A DNA stretch of 64,000 nucleotides from Cyanophyceae cyanobacterium (GTDB taxonomy: Bacteria; Cyanobacteriota; Cyanobacteriia; Cyanobacteriales; JBHJGN01), in the NCBI GenBank assembly GCA_050331735.1, contig JBHJGN010000011.1, positions 64,001 through 128,000 on the forward strand, given 5' to 3'. A program made the translations under genes and the position numbers. Below, in pieces: positions 1 to 9,530 of the stretch (position 1 is its first letter; each line of letters opens with the position of its first letter). A model generated the notes under the pieces. That model was not told the DNA's origin, made no database searches, and saw only the letters and a program-made list of their open reading frames with translations.

Positions 1-1021
1 TCCGGGGATCGTAAAAAGTGTTGTTGGCAATCTTCGTGTTTTTGAGTCCCTGCTTATTTTCGTCAGCGCCACTGTGAATGCCAGCGTAGGTGCCATAGGA
101 AAATCCGGCTCCACTCCCGACAACGACGTTATTGCGAACCGTGTTATTGTTGAGCTGTAATTGGGAGAGTTTGCCTGTGGTGGCGAAGAGTTCGTTCGCC
201 ATTTCAATGCCGTTAGCCGGTCTACCATCCCGAAAGAACTCCTGGTTTCCGGTGTTGTAGATCAGGTTGCGCTTAACGGTGGAATCGGTTGTGTTATAGA
301 GATGAACTTCAACGCTGAAGTTGTCATGGACAGTATTTTCACTGACGGTACCATTCTGAACAAAGCCAAGACCAATGCCCTCTCCATAATTTTCATAGAC
401 CGTATTGTTAACAATCAGAACGTTGTCAGTATTTTCGACGTTGATCCCCATCCCCCAGTTATTTCCCGGGCCAGGATTGCTGTTGGCTAGATAGTTACGG
501 TAAACGCGGTTTCCTTCCAGGCGAATGTTCTGACTGCGGTGAGACGTATCAATCTGCCCTTCTCCTCCGTACCCCTGGACAACAATACCACCCCTCTGAT
601 TGTGATGAATGCGGTTTCCAGAGAAGTTAAGATTTTGTCCTTTAATCGCTAAAATTCCGTTGGAACGGAGCGAATGTAGCTCTATATCTTTTATTTCTAC
701 GTTCTGAGCGTCTTTTATGAAGATTCCGGTGATACCGGGTGCGACATTGCTGCCGTCTAAAACCGCTCGTTCTCCGGGGTAAGAGCGGATCACCAGTGGA
801 GAATCAGCGGTGCCGTCGTTCCAGCCCCCCTCGATATGAATTCCGGAAGACCCTTTTTCAGTTTGATAGGTGCCTTGACTAATGTCGTAGTTACCGCCCC
901 TGAGAAAAATTGTCCGACCGTCACCAGCAGTTCTGTTAATGGCTTGCTGAACCGTCCTGAACGGCTGTTCGACCGTGCCGGGATTTTGATCGCTGCCGTT
1001 CGGAGAAACGTAGTATTTCAT
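1..1021 (-). CDS. Right-handed parallel beta-helix (pectate-lyase-like, DUF1565-type) protein, 3' end runs off window
   Basis: Absent from the ORF track. Hand translation from ATG at 1021 gives MKYYVSPNGSDQNPGTVEQPFRTVQQAI...IFLRGGNY...SPLVIRSYPGERAVLDG, followed by Asn/Gly-rich beta-helix repeats (NRIHHN, NRVYRN, NTVYENYGEGI, NTVHDN). An in-frame TGA lies just upstream of the ATG. Confidence 0.85.
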   Translation of the reverse strand, partial: MKYYVSPNGSDQNPGTVEQPFRTVQQAINRTAGDGRTIFLRGGNYDISQGTYQTEKGSSGIHIEGGWNDGTADSPLVIRSYPGERAVLDGSNVAPGITGIFIKDAQNVEIKDIELHSLRSNGILAIKGQNLNFSGNRIHHNQRGGIVVQGYGGEGQIDTSHRSQNIRLEGNRVYRNYLANSNPGPGNNWGMGINVENTDNVLIVNNTVYENYGEGIGLGFVQNGTVSENTVHDNFSVEVHLYNTTDSTVKRNLIYNTGNQEFFRDGRPANGIEMANELFATTGKLSQLQLNNNTVRNNVVVGSGAGFSYGTYAGIHSGADENKQGLKNTKIANNTFYDPR

Positions 1022-1140
1022 CGTTGTTTTGCTAACTCAATCTGCCTGTGCTTCAGGGCTAATTTAGAAGCGAAAGGTGAAAAACTTGTCAGGTGCAGGA
1101 GATTCTCTATTTCTCTAGGAAGAACTACTGACATCTTTTG

Positions 1141-2202
1141 TTAATTGGAATGAGTGGTCGCTGCCACTTCTACAGGCCCGTGACGTTTCTGGTGCCATTT
1201 CCAGGCGTGAAGCATCATTTCTCTGATGTCAGGGTACTGGGGTTGCCATCCTAAAGAGCTTCTGACCTTGGTGCTGTTACCCACTAAAATCGGCGGATCT
1301 CCGGGACGGCGAGCACAGGGGATTGCCTTAATCAATTGACCGGAGATGGCTCTGGCGGCTTCAATGATCTGCCAGACGGAAAAGCCGTCATTGCTGCTGA
1401 GATTAAAGACTTCGCTGCGGCCTCGTTGCAGAAGATGTTCCAGGCCGAGAATGTGTGCCTGGGCAATGTCGGCGACATGAATGTAATCTCGAATACAGGT
1501 GCCGTCAGGTGTAGAATAATCTGTGCCGAAGACGGAAATTGAGTCGCGCCGACCGAGGGCTGTCAGCAACACCAGCGGTAACAAATGAGTTTCTGGAGTA
1601 TGATCTTCTCCTAACAAACCCTCGGGATCGGCCCCCGCTGCATTGAAGTAGCGGAAAATGACGGATTTCAAGCCAAACGCCGTCTCAAAGTCCGCTAAGA
1701 TTTGTTCAACCATTAACTTGCTGATGCCGTAAGGATTGATGGGGTTTTGAGGTTGTTCTTCGGCGATCGGAATTTGTTCTGGAATTCCGTAGGTGGCGCA
1801 GGTCGAGGAAAAGACAAGCTTTTTTACCCCGGCTGCCATCATCGCTTCTAGTAAAGTCAAAGTCCCGGCAACGTTGTTGCAGTAATATTTATCGGGTCTG
1901 AGGACAGATTCCCCCACGTAGGCGTAGGCGGCAAAATGCATGACGGCGGCGACGGAGTAGGTAGTAAAGATGCGATCCAGGAGAGTGCGATCGCGAATAT
2001 CGCCGACAATTAGCTCGGCCTGTAAGACCTCTTCGACAATATCGCGATGCCCGTAAACGAGGTTATCGATGACTAAAACCCTGTATCCCTTTCTCTGTAA
2101 AGCTTTAACAACATGGGAGCCGATATAGCCAGCTCCTCCCGTAATCAAGATGGTAGTTTGCACAGCTTTTTTCCTCCGATCAGAGGTAGATCTCAAATCC
2201 AT
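1141..2202 (-). CDS. galE: UDP-glucose 4-epimerase
   Basis: ILITGGAGYIGSH Rossmann motif, HFAAYAYVGES, FSSTCATYG, NPYGISK (YxxxK), RYFNAAGA, DGTCIRDYIHV. Confidence 0.95.
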   Translation of the reverse strand: MDLRSTSDRRKKAVQTTILITGGAGYIGSHVVKALQRKGYRVLVIDNLVYGHRDIVEEVLQAELIVGDIRDRTLLDRIFTTYSVAAVMHFAAYAYVGESVLRPDKYYCNNVAGTLTLLEAMMAAGVKKLVFSSTCATYGIPEQIPIAEEQPQNPINPYGISKLMVEQILADFETAFGLKSVIFRYFNAAGADPEGLLGEDHTPETHLLPLVLLTALGRRDSISVFGTDYSTPDGTCIRDYIHVADIAQAHILGLEHLLQRGRSEVFNLSSNDGFSVWQIIEAARAISGQLIKAIPCARRPGDPPILVGNSTKVRSSLGWQPQYPDIREMMLHAWKWHQKRHGPVEVAATTHSN

Positions 2203-2502
2203 AAATTTTCAATATTCTCAGCGGAGTAGTATCTGTCAAAGCCCCCTGAAGCAAAGCCTCAAAAAAGCCTCATCCAGCGACCAAATTTGCACTCAATTCA
2301 CTAATAAAGCTTATTTTTGAGCTTATTATTTACTAAAAAGGTAGCTACTGCTTACCCTATCTTTTCACTATCGGTTACTGTAAAAATGAAGCCGATAATA
2401 CAAAAGAAGCCAAAAAGCATCTTTTTTAAAGCAATTGAATTGGTTTGCAGCACAGTTCTTTAGCTATTCTTGAAGCTTAATACATAAATATTCGTTGTTT
2501 CT

Positions 2503-2516
2503 GTACGCTGTATTAC
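2503..2516. promoter_or_regulatory. Possible NtcA box (GTA-N8-TAC) in the divergent galE / GT4 intergenic region
   Basis: GTAcgctgtatTAC at 2503-2516, with a TAAGCT (TAN3T) hexamer 23 nt away on the minus strand facing galE. The motif is short and could be chance. Confidence 0.25.
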
Positions 2517-2805
2517 TCGGCGGTAACATTCGACAATGTGACTTATCCCGTGACACAAGCAGTCGTTTTCTACTTGCATCTTTCTAGTCATTGCCCTAAT
2601 CTTAGGCTTAACTTCGATTAAAATTCAATGTTCTAAGCAGAACAAAGCTACGCAAGTTAAATATTGTTTTGTAAAGGGTGCAAAGGTAACGCCTTTGCCA
2701 TTTTGGGTCGATTTGCGCCTTTAAAGCTCAATTTTCATCAATGTCTGTAAAAGCAAATTGGCTTTAAGTTTATCTATCTGTATTTAGTTATTACTTGCGG
2801 GAAGA

Positions 2806-4020
2806 ATGCGTAAACCTGTTTTGACAATTTTCTATCAGTTCAATCCCTGGCAGAGCAGCATCGGTGGCATCCAAACCTTTATCTGTGCGTTTCTCAAACA
2901 TGCGCCCAGTGAATTTGAGGTGCGTCTGGTGGGAACAGGCTCTCATCCGCCTGTGGGGGTCTGGCAAGAAGCCGAGTTTGCGGGCAGACCCCTTCAATTT
3001 ATGCCGCTTATTGCTCTAGAAGATGACAATGTGCGGCAGGTCATTCCCACAACCCTCAGATACACGGCAGCGCTTTTCGGTCGTCAGCTTGCTTCCGATT
3101 TTATGCACTTTTACCGCATCGAGCCGACGCTCGCCACCTTGAACTGGTCGGGCCATAAAACTTTTTTTGTGCTGAACGATATTCAAAAACAGATGAATCC
3201 GTCCGTGAGCAAGGATGCCATCCTGTGGCAGCGGTTTCGCGCCGGGTACTTTACCCTGGAAGCCATGCTGATCCGGCAGTTTGAGCAGATTTACTCGTGC
3301 CACAAGCAATCGGCACAGTTCTATCAACAGCGCTACCCGGAAATCGCCGAGCACGTTGTTTTTCTGCCGATTACGGTGGAGGACGAGCTATTTAATCCCC
3401 TGTCTCAACCAGAGCGCGAACAAAAGCGTCAAGAGCTGGCTCAGCAGATGACTTTACCAGAGGCGACGCGGTTTATCCTCTTTGCCGGTCGCCTACATCC
3501 CCAAAAAGACCCGCTGTTGCTGGTACGTGCTTTTGCCAAGCTCCGGGAGCCGGACGTGCATTTGCTGATCGCGGGAGAAGGCGAGCTCGCTGACGAGATC
3601 CGGGCAGAGGTGGACCGTTGCGGATTGACCAAGCACGTTACGATGCTAGGCCCCGTGAGGCAGGAGAGGCTCGCAGAGCTCTATCGCCTCAGCAGCCTAT
3701 TTGTGGTGACGAGTGCCTATGAGGGAGGGCCGATTGTGGCTTTAGAAGCCCTCGCCTGTGGCACCCCCGTCGTGACCACCGACTGCGGCGAAACCCCGAG
3801 CTTCCTCACCCCCGACAGCGGCCATGTCTGCGACAGCACCCCAGAGGCGATCGCCGCCGCGCTGGCTCAGGTGCTCCAGCATCCCCAAAATTACCCCCCA
3901 AGCGCCTGTAACCGGACTATTCAGCCCTATCGAGCGCAGACCGTGATTCGGGGCGTTTACGCAGAAATGCTGCGTCAGTGGGAGCGTTGCTCCCACTCCC
4001 TGTCATCGGAATACGTCTAG
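2806..4020 (+). CDS. GT4 (GT-B) glycosyltransferase
   Basis: GGIQT N-terminal motif, ILFAGRLHPQK, SAYEGGPIVALEALACGTPVV (EX7E). Confidence 0.92.
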   Translation: MRKPVLTIFYQFNPWQSSIGGIQTFICAFLKHAPSEFEVRLVGTGSHPPVGVWQEAEFAGRPLQFMPLIALEDDNVRQVIPTTLRYTAALFGRQLASDFMHFYRIEPTLATLNWSGHKTFFVLNDIQKQMNPSVSKDAILWQRFRAGYFTLEAMLIRQFEQIYSCHKQSAQFYQQRYPEIAEHVVFLPITVEDELFNPLSQPEREQKRQELAQQMTLPEATRFILFAGRLHPQKDPLLLVRAFAKLREPDVHLLIAGEGELADEIRAEVDRCGLTKHVTMLGPVRQERLAELYRLSSLFVVTSAYEGGPIVALEALACGTPVVTTDCGETPSFLTPDSGHVCDSTPEAIAAALAQVLQHPQNYPPSACNRTIQPYRAQTVIRGVYAEMLRQWERCSHSLSSEYV

Positions 4021-4047
4021 CTTCTCCCTCTGCCCTTTTGTAAAGGA

Positions 4048-5406
4048 ATGGTTCCCATGAGAATTGCCGTGATTGGTGCCAAAGGCTTACCGGCTAAACA
4101 AGGCGGCATCGAGCGTTACTGTCAAGAGCTTTATCCAAGACTGGTGGCTCAGGGTCACTCGGTCGATCTGTTTGCCAGACCGAGCTATACCCAAGCCCCC
4201 TGGTTTTCTACCTACGACTACCAAGGGGTGCGCGTGTTGTGTCTGCCTTCGTGCCCGTGGCGCGGGCTAGATGCCCTGGCTAGTTCAGCCCTGGGAGCGA
4301 TCGCTGCTTTATTCAAAAGCTACGATATCGTTCACTTTCATGCTCTTGGTCCCGCTTTATTTTGCTGGCTGCCCCGCCTCAATGCTGCCAAAATCGTCGT
4401 TACCTGTCAGGGACTCGACTGGCAACGAGCCAAGTGGGGCAGAATTTCCAGCGCGATTATTCATGCCGGAGAAAAGTCAGCCGCCCGCTACGCCGACCGC
4501 ATTGTGGTCGTCTCCAAAGACTTACAGGCTTATTTTCAGAAAACCTACGGACTGGATACTCACTACATCCCCAACGGTCCCGGAAGATATGACGAGTCGG
4601 ACCCGAATTTTGCCTACGTTAAATCTCTTCAGCTCACTCCCAAACGCTACCTCCTCTTTCTGGGAAGATTAGTCCCCGAAAAGCGCCCCGACCTGCTGCT
4701 CGCCGCCTTTCGATCTCTTAACCCCCAGGGATGGAAACTCGTGCTCACCGGAGGAATCAGCGATACGGGCCGATTTGCTGCCAAGATCCAGGCGCTAGCC
4801 GCCAATCGTCAGGATATTCTCTTTACCGGCGAACTCCAGGGCCGTCAGCTCGCAGAAATCGTTCGTGGAGCCGGACTCTTCGTGCTGCCCTCGGACTTAG
4901 AAGGATTACCGCTGGTGATGCTAGAAGCGATGGCCGAGGGCATCCCCGTATTAGCCAGCAACATTCCGCCCCATCGTCAGCTCATTAGTCAAGAGCGGGG
5001 TCTGCTGTTTGAGGCTGGAGATGTAGAGTCGTGCGTGGGCGCTCTCCAGCATGCCGTTTGCCATCCTCGCCAACTTCAGAGCATGGCGAGGACGGCCCAA
5101 CAGCACGTCCAGGAAAACTATAGCTGGCAGAAAATCACCGCAGATAATTTGGCTCTCTATACCAACCTGCTGTCAGACACGGCCAGAAGCGAGGAGGCGG
5201 CTCCACTGACCGATAGAGAACAGCGTCTTCAGGCTTGTTTACTGGAAGCGGCCACTCTGCTGTGTGCAGAAGTGGACTCTGACGAATTTAGGAATCGCGA
5301 ACACCTCGAAACCGTTCTGCGCCAGCAGCTTAACGACCAGGTGAGCGCTCAGCTCGATCGGCTCTATGCGCAGGGGCAATCAGTGAACCAACTCGGACTG
5401 AAGTAG
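4048..5406 (+). CDS. GT4 glycosyltransferase with an atypical ~65-aa C-terminal extension
   Basis: MRIAVIG...GGIERY, FLGRLVPEK, PSDLEGLPLVMLEAMAEGIPV. An extra helical tail follows YSWQKI. Confidence 0.92.
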   Translation: MVPMRIAVIGAKGLPAKQGGIERYCQELYPRLVAQGHSVDLFARPSYTQAPWFSTYDYQGVRVLCLPSCPWRGLDALASSALGAIAALFKSYDIVHFHALGPALFCWLPRLNAAKIVVTCQGLDWQRAKWGRISSAIIHAGEKSAARYADRIVVVSKDLQAYFQKTYGLDTHYIPNGPGRYDESDPNFAYVKSLQLTPKRYLLFLGRLVPEKRPDLLLAAFRSLNPQGWKLVLTGGISDTGRFAAKIQALAANRQDILFTGELQGRQLAEIVRGAGLFVLPSDLEGLPLVMLEAMAEGIPVLASNIPPHRQLISQERGLLFEAGDVESCVGALQHAVCHPRQLQSMARTAQQHVQENYSWQKITADNLALYTNLLSDTARSEEAAPLTDREQRLQACLLEAATLLCAEVDSDEFRNREHLETVLRQQLNDQVSAQLDRLYAQGQSVNQLGLK

Positions 5407-5419
5407 GTGGGGGTGACGG

Positions 5420-7585
5420 ATGAACACAATGGGAGTGCGCCCTCGTTGGCTGTACTTAGTCCTGGGACTGCTGGCCGTTCTTTGGCAGCCAGCGCTACTA
5501 GCAAGCTGTAGCAACGCTCGCGAATCGGCAGCGCCCTTGAGTGTGCAAACCGAGTTTTCGACGGGCTGGAATCAGGTAGCCATCGGCGGAGGCGGATACG
5601 TAACGGGCATCGCCATTCATCCTCAAGATTCTGAGGTAGTCTACCTTAAAACAGACAACGGCGGTTTCTTTCGCTGGCATCCCCAGGAGCAAAGCTGGTC
5701 CTCGATTCTCGATGCCTTTCCAGAAGGGAACTGGAACGACTACGGCGGCGCGGCGATCGCCCTCGATCCTCATCGTCCAGAAGTGGTGTATATTGCCGTG
5801 GGGAAGTATGTAAATGCTCCTGGAACCATCTACAAGTCCGTTGATTACGGTCAAACCTGGGTGCAGTCGGATTTGCAGGTGCCGATGGGGGGCGACCAGG
5901 ATAAGCGCTGGGCCGGCGAGCGCCTCGTCGTCAGTCCGGGGGACTCCAATCTGCTGCTGTTTGGGTCGCGCCAGAACGGTCTGTGGCGCTCCACTGACGG
6001 CGGGTTAACCTGGTCTGCGGTAGCCTTTGCCGCCTCTCCGTCTTCAGAGATTGGCCTTCTGGCGATCGCCTTTGAGCCCGAGTCTCCGGAGCGCGTTTAC
6101 CTGAGCGCCTACGGAGATGGAATCTACCACTCGGTCGATGGGGGCCTCACCTGGAGCCGAATGGCCCACAGTCCGCGCACCGCGATGCAGCTAGCGATCG
6201 CCTCAGACACCCTTTACGTGACAAGCGCTGCTGGAGTCAGTCGCTACCGCCGGGGAACCTGGCAAAACATTACCCCCGAACGCCAAGCTCGGCAGCTCTT
6301 CAACGGCTTAAGCGTCCATCCCTGGAACCCAGACAATGTGCTAGTCAGCTTAGGCGAGACCCAATCCCCCAAAATTTTTCACTCCCACGACGGAGGCCAA
6401 ACCTGGCAACAGAAGCGCAGCCGGCTTAACCGGACGGTTCCCTGGCTACCGACGGAGTTCTTTGGAGACTACACCGCCGCCATTGCCTTCGATCCCCAAG
6501 TTCCGGAGCGGGTGTGGCTCACCGATTGGTTTGGCGTCTGGCGCACCGACAACATTGAGACTCGGTTCCCGCTGTGGACCAACTACGCCCAAGGACACGA
6601 ACAGATTGTGACATTAGCGCTGTCGTCCCCGCCCCAAGGAGCGCTGCTGTTGAGCGGCGTTGCCGATATCGAGGGCTTCTACCACCAGCGCTTAGATAGC
6701 TATCCCACCGAGCGCCTCGGCTATGGCAACAACTACTATCAGGATACCTACAGCATTGCCTACTGCGCTCGCGAACCTACCCGCCTCGTTCGCGTCGGGG
6801 GAAATCGCTGGAACTCGACCGCCGGGGGAGCACTGTCTCGCGACGGCGGCTGGCACTGGCGGCAGCTTTCCTTCCCGCCGGAAACGCTGCCGCTGCGAGT
6901 GGCTATCTCTGCAACCAATCCCGACCGTTTCGTGGTCATCGTCAGCGAAGGACAGGCCCTGCACACCGACGATGGCGGAGCGACCTGGCAGCCGGCGATC
7001 GGTCTGCCTCTCGGGGAGAAAGGCCCCTGGAACTGGACTCAGTCCCTCGCCGCCGACGGCGTTAACGGCGACTGGTTTTACTACTACGCCGACGGAACCG
7101 TGTATCGCAGTGAGGACGGCGGCGGCACTTTTCGGGCGGTGAGTCGGCTGCCCCCAGCCGACTGGTACTCGCTGAAAACTTTGCCAGGAGTGGCGGGGGA
7201 TGTTTGGGTGAGCTTAGACGAGCAGGGTCTGTATCATTCGACGGATGGGGGAGAAACGTTTACCCCCATCGATGTCGCCCAGGCGGTGCTGTTCTCCTTC
7301 GGTAAACCGCCCGGAGGCAGCGACATTCCCAGCCTGTACCTCTATGGAGTCAGGGGCGATCGCTCAGGCTTTTTCCGCTCCCTCGACCTCGGAGCCACCT
7401 GGAGCCAGCTCGTGGCGGCAGCGGTTCCCCCTGGCCCGCCTCGGGTAATCAACGTTCTTGAAGCGAGCCAGCAGCAGTTTGGCTTACTGTTTGTCGGCAC
7501 CGATGGTCGAGGGATTTACTACCGCATGACCGAGGAGGCTACCCCGGCTGCAAGCGATGCGCACCACCGTTCACCAAGGATTTAA
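5420..7585 (+). CDS. GH74 (xyloglucanase-like) double beta-propeller lipoprotein with BNR/Asp-box repeats
   Basis: Lipobox LLASC, VAIGGGGYVTGI, YLKTDNGG and SGVADIEGF (positions of the two GH74 catalytic Asp), GERLVV, and repeated S/T-x-D-G-G-x-T-W Asp boxes. Confidence 0.8.
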   Translation: MNTMGVRPRWLYLVLGLLAVLWQPALLASCSNARESAAPLSVQTEFSTGWNQVAIGGGGYVTGIAIHPQDSEVVYLKTDNGGFFRWHPQEQSWSSILDAFPEGNWNDYGGAAIALDPHRPEVVYIAVGKYVNAPGTIYKSVDYGQTWVQSDLQVPMGGDQDKRWAGERLVVSPGDSNLLLFGSRQNGLWRSTDGGLTWSAVAFAASPSSEIGLLAIAFEPESPERVYLSAYGDGIYHSVDGGLTWSRMAHSPRTAMQLAIASDTLYVTSAAGVSRYRRGTWQNITPERQARQLFNGLSVHPWNPDNVLVSLGETQSPKIFHSHDGGQTWQQKRSRLNRTVPWLPTEFFGDYTAAIAFDPQVPERVWLTDWFGVWRTDNIETRFPLWTNYAQGHEQIVTLALSSPPQGALLLSGVADIEGFYHQRLDSYPTERLGYGNNYYQDTYSIAYCAREPTRLVRVGGNRWNSTAGGALSRDGGWHWRQLSFPPETLPLRVAISATNPDRFVVIVSEGQALHTDDGGATWQPAIGLPLGEKGPWNWTQSLAADGVNGDWFYYYADGTVYRSEDGGGTFRAVSRLPPADWYSLKTLPGVAGDVWVSLDEQGLYHSTDGGETFTPIDVAQAVLFSFGKPPGGSDIPSLYLYGVRGDRSGFFRSLDLGATWSQLVAAAVPPGPPRVINVLEASQQQFGLLFVGTDGRGIYYRMTEEATPAASDAHHRSPRI

Positions 7586-7586
7586 C

Positions 7587-9530
7587 ATGATTCGGATTCT
7601 GCTGGCAGACCCTCAACGAGCGATGCGAGAAAAGTTGAAGAACTCCCTCGCTCCAGAGCCGGATTTAGCGATCGTTGGGACAGCCAGTGATGGCTATACG
7701 GCGCTCGAACAGGTCAAAATCACGAAGCCGAACATCGTCCTGCTGGCGCTGGAGATGCCTCCTCTAGACGGCATTGAAACGGCCCAGAGCATCGCTCAGG
7801 ACTTCCCCAACATCAAAATTTTGATCGTCGGCAGTCCGAGTCAGGAAGCAGAGATCGCGCGAGCGCTTCGCTCAGGAGCGTTGGGCTATCTGCCCGAGAA
7901 TCTCCCAGCCGAAGATCTTAAAGAAGCCCTGCGGATTGCCGATAAAGGCTACATTCAGCTCGAACCTGGGCTGTTTGATACCGTTGCTGCCATCACTCCC
8001 GCCGCCACCGTCAAAAACAAGAGCGCAGTCAAGCTGACTCAGCAAAAATCCCTTGCCATCGCTGTCCTCAGCTCGTCTGCCGTGAATTCAGCACCGACCC
8101 TGTCCCCGTCTCGCCGCCGTCCCTGGCTCTACCTCGGAATTGGCGGACTCAGCAATGCCGTCATTTGGCTCGGCGGGTTGCTGTACCTTCAGCTCCGGTC
8201 GCCGACCTACGTCAGTCAATGGACCGTGACCCTTCCCGGTACGAGAACAGCAACCGATGTCGAGTTACCGGGCATTGGCCGCGCCTCTTCGCTGAGCGAG
8301 TCTCCCTACGGCAGCGATTTTTCCGATCCGCGCGAGAATTACAAATATTTAGCAACGACCGAGCCGGTGGTGGCCGCCGCCGCCGAGCGGCTCGACCTAA
8401 CTCCCGCAGAATTTGGCGAACCGCGCATCAAAATTATCGACAACACCACGCTGATGCAGTTCTCCGTCACCGGCGACACCCCCAGCGAGGCTCAAGAAAA
8501 AGCGCTCGCCTTCCAGCAGGCGCTACAAACCGAAGTCGAAGCCCTCCGCCAAGAGGAAACGGCTCAGCAAGACCGCCGCCTCGAACGGGTTCTGGGGGAA
8601 GCGGAAGCAGATTTACAGACCGCTCAACAGTCTACCTCCGCCTTTCAGGCCCGTTCTGGTCTTAATTCCAGCGAACAACTGCGGGAACTCTCCTCGACCG
8701 TTGAGCATTTACGGCAGCAGCAGTCCCTCGCTGCGGCTGAACTAGAAGAAACTAGCGCTCAGCTCCAGCAGCTCCTCACGGATTTAGGACTATCGGTTGA
8801 GCAAGCAGCAGATGCGTTTGCGTTGAGTTCCGATCCTCAGTTTCAGCGGTATCTTGCCGAGTACAGCCGCGCTAGCGCTGAACTGGTCAACTTGCAGGCT
8901 AATTTGTCGGCTTCCCACCCAGACGTACTGGCCCGACAGGCAGAACAGCAAGCAGCAGAGTCGGCTTTACGGCAGCAGGCCCGTTCGGTTCTCGCTCGTT
9001 CTCTCACCCTTGCCCAGCTCAGACCCCTGGTCCTAAACACCGCCGATAGCTCTGAGTCCTCTTCCCAGCGAGCTAGCCTGTTTCAACAGTTAATTTCTCT
9101 TCAGGCAGAGCGAGCCGGAGTGAGAGCGAGAACGGATAGCTTAGCTCGGCAAATCGATCGGCTAGAGTCAAAATTAGCCTCTCTGACTCAACAAGAAGCC
9201 ACCCTCGATGGTCTGGAGCGCACAGAGCACATCGCCGAAGCCGTGTTTTCTTCGACCCTGACTCGCCTCGATCTGAGTCAATCAACGATTTCTGCGTCTT
9301 ATCCCCCCATGTCGCTGCTCACGCAGCCTAGCTTACCCCAATCTCCTAAAGTTCCGGCGACCCAACTGGTCTTCCTCGGCATGATTGTTGGTTCTGGCTG
9401 CGTCACCCTCGGGACGGTCGGGCTGTGGTGGCGCGATCGCACGACTCCCGTCCCCTACCGCCCCTTGCCGGCGCTGCCCCTAGAGCGCAATTCTCATTTT
9501 CCTGTTCAGTCAACCACCAGCCGACGATGA
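7587..9530 (+). CDS. Polysaccharide co-polymerase (GumC/Wzz-like) with N-terminal receiver-like domain
   Basis: NarL-type REC fold at the N-terminus (MIRILLAD...VGTASDG...LEMPPLDG), then a TM, a long coiled-coil region with SASHPDV, a Pro-rich motif and a second TM. No kinase domain. Alternative start at 7557. Confidence 0.82.
   Translation: MIRILLADPQRAMREKLKNSLAPEPDLAIVGTASDGYTALEQVKITKPNIVLLALEMPPLDGIETAQSIAQDFPNIKILIVGSPSQEAEIARALRSGALGYLPENLPAEDLKEALRIADKGYIQLEPGLFDTVAAITPAATVKNKSAVKLTQQKSLAIAVLSSSAVNSAPTLSPSRRRPWLYLGIGGLSNAVIWLGGLLYLQLRSPTYVSQWTVTLPGTRTATDVELPGIGRASSLSESPYGSDFSDPRENYKYLATTEPVVAAAAERLDLTPAEFGEPRIKIIDNTTLMQFSVTGDTPSEAQEKALAFQQALQTEVEALRQEETAQQDRRLERVLGEAEADLQTAQQSTSAFQARSGLNSSEQLRELSSTVEHLRQQQSLAAAELEETSAQLQQLLTDLGLSVEQAADAFALSSDPQFQRYLAEYSRASAELVNLQANLSASHPDVLARQAEQQAAESALRQQARSVLARSLTLAQLRPLVLNTADSSESSSQRASLFQQLISLQAERAGVRARTDSLARQIDRLESKLASLTQQEATLDGLERTEHIAEAVFSSTLTRLDLSQSTISASYPPMSLLTQPSLPQSPKVPATQLVFLGMIVGSGCVTLGTVGLWWRDRTTPVPYRPLPALPLERNSHFPVQSTTSRR

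Noticed and set aside
161..1144. Plus-strand ORFs 161-490 and 836-1144
   Set aside because: They are antisense shadows of the minus-strand beta-helix gene.
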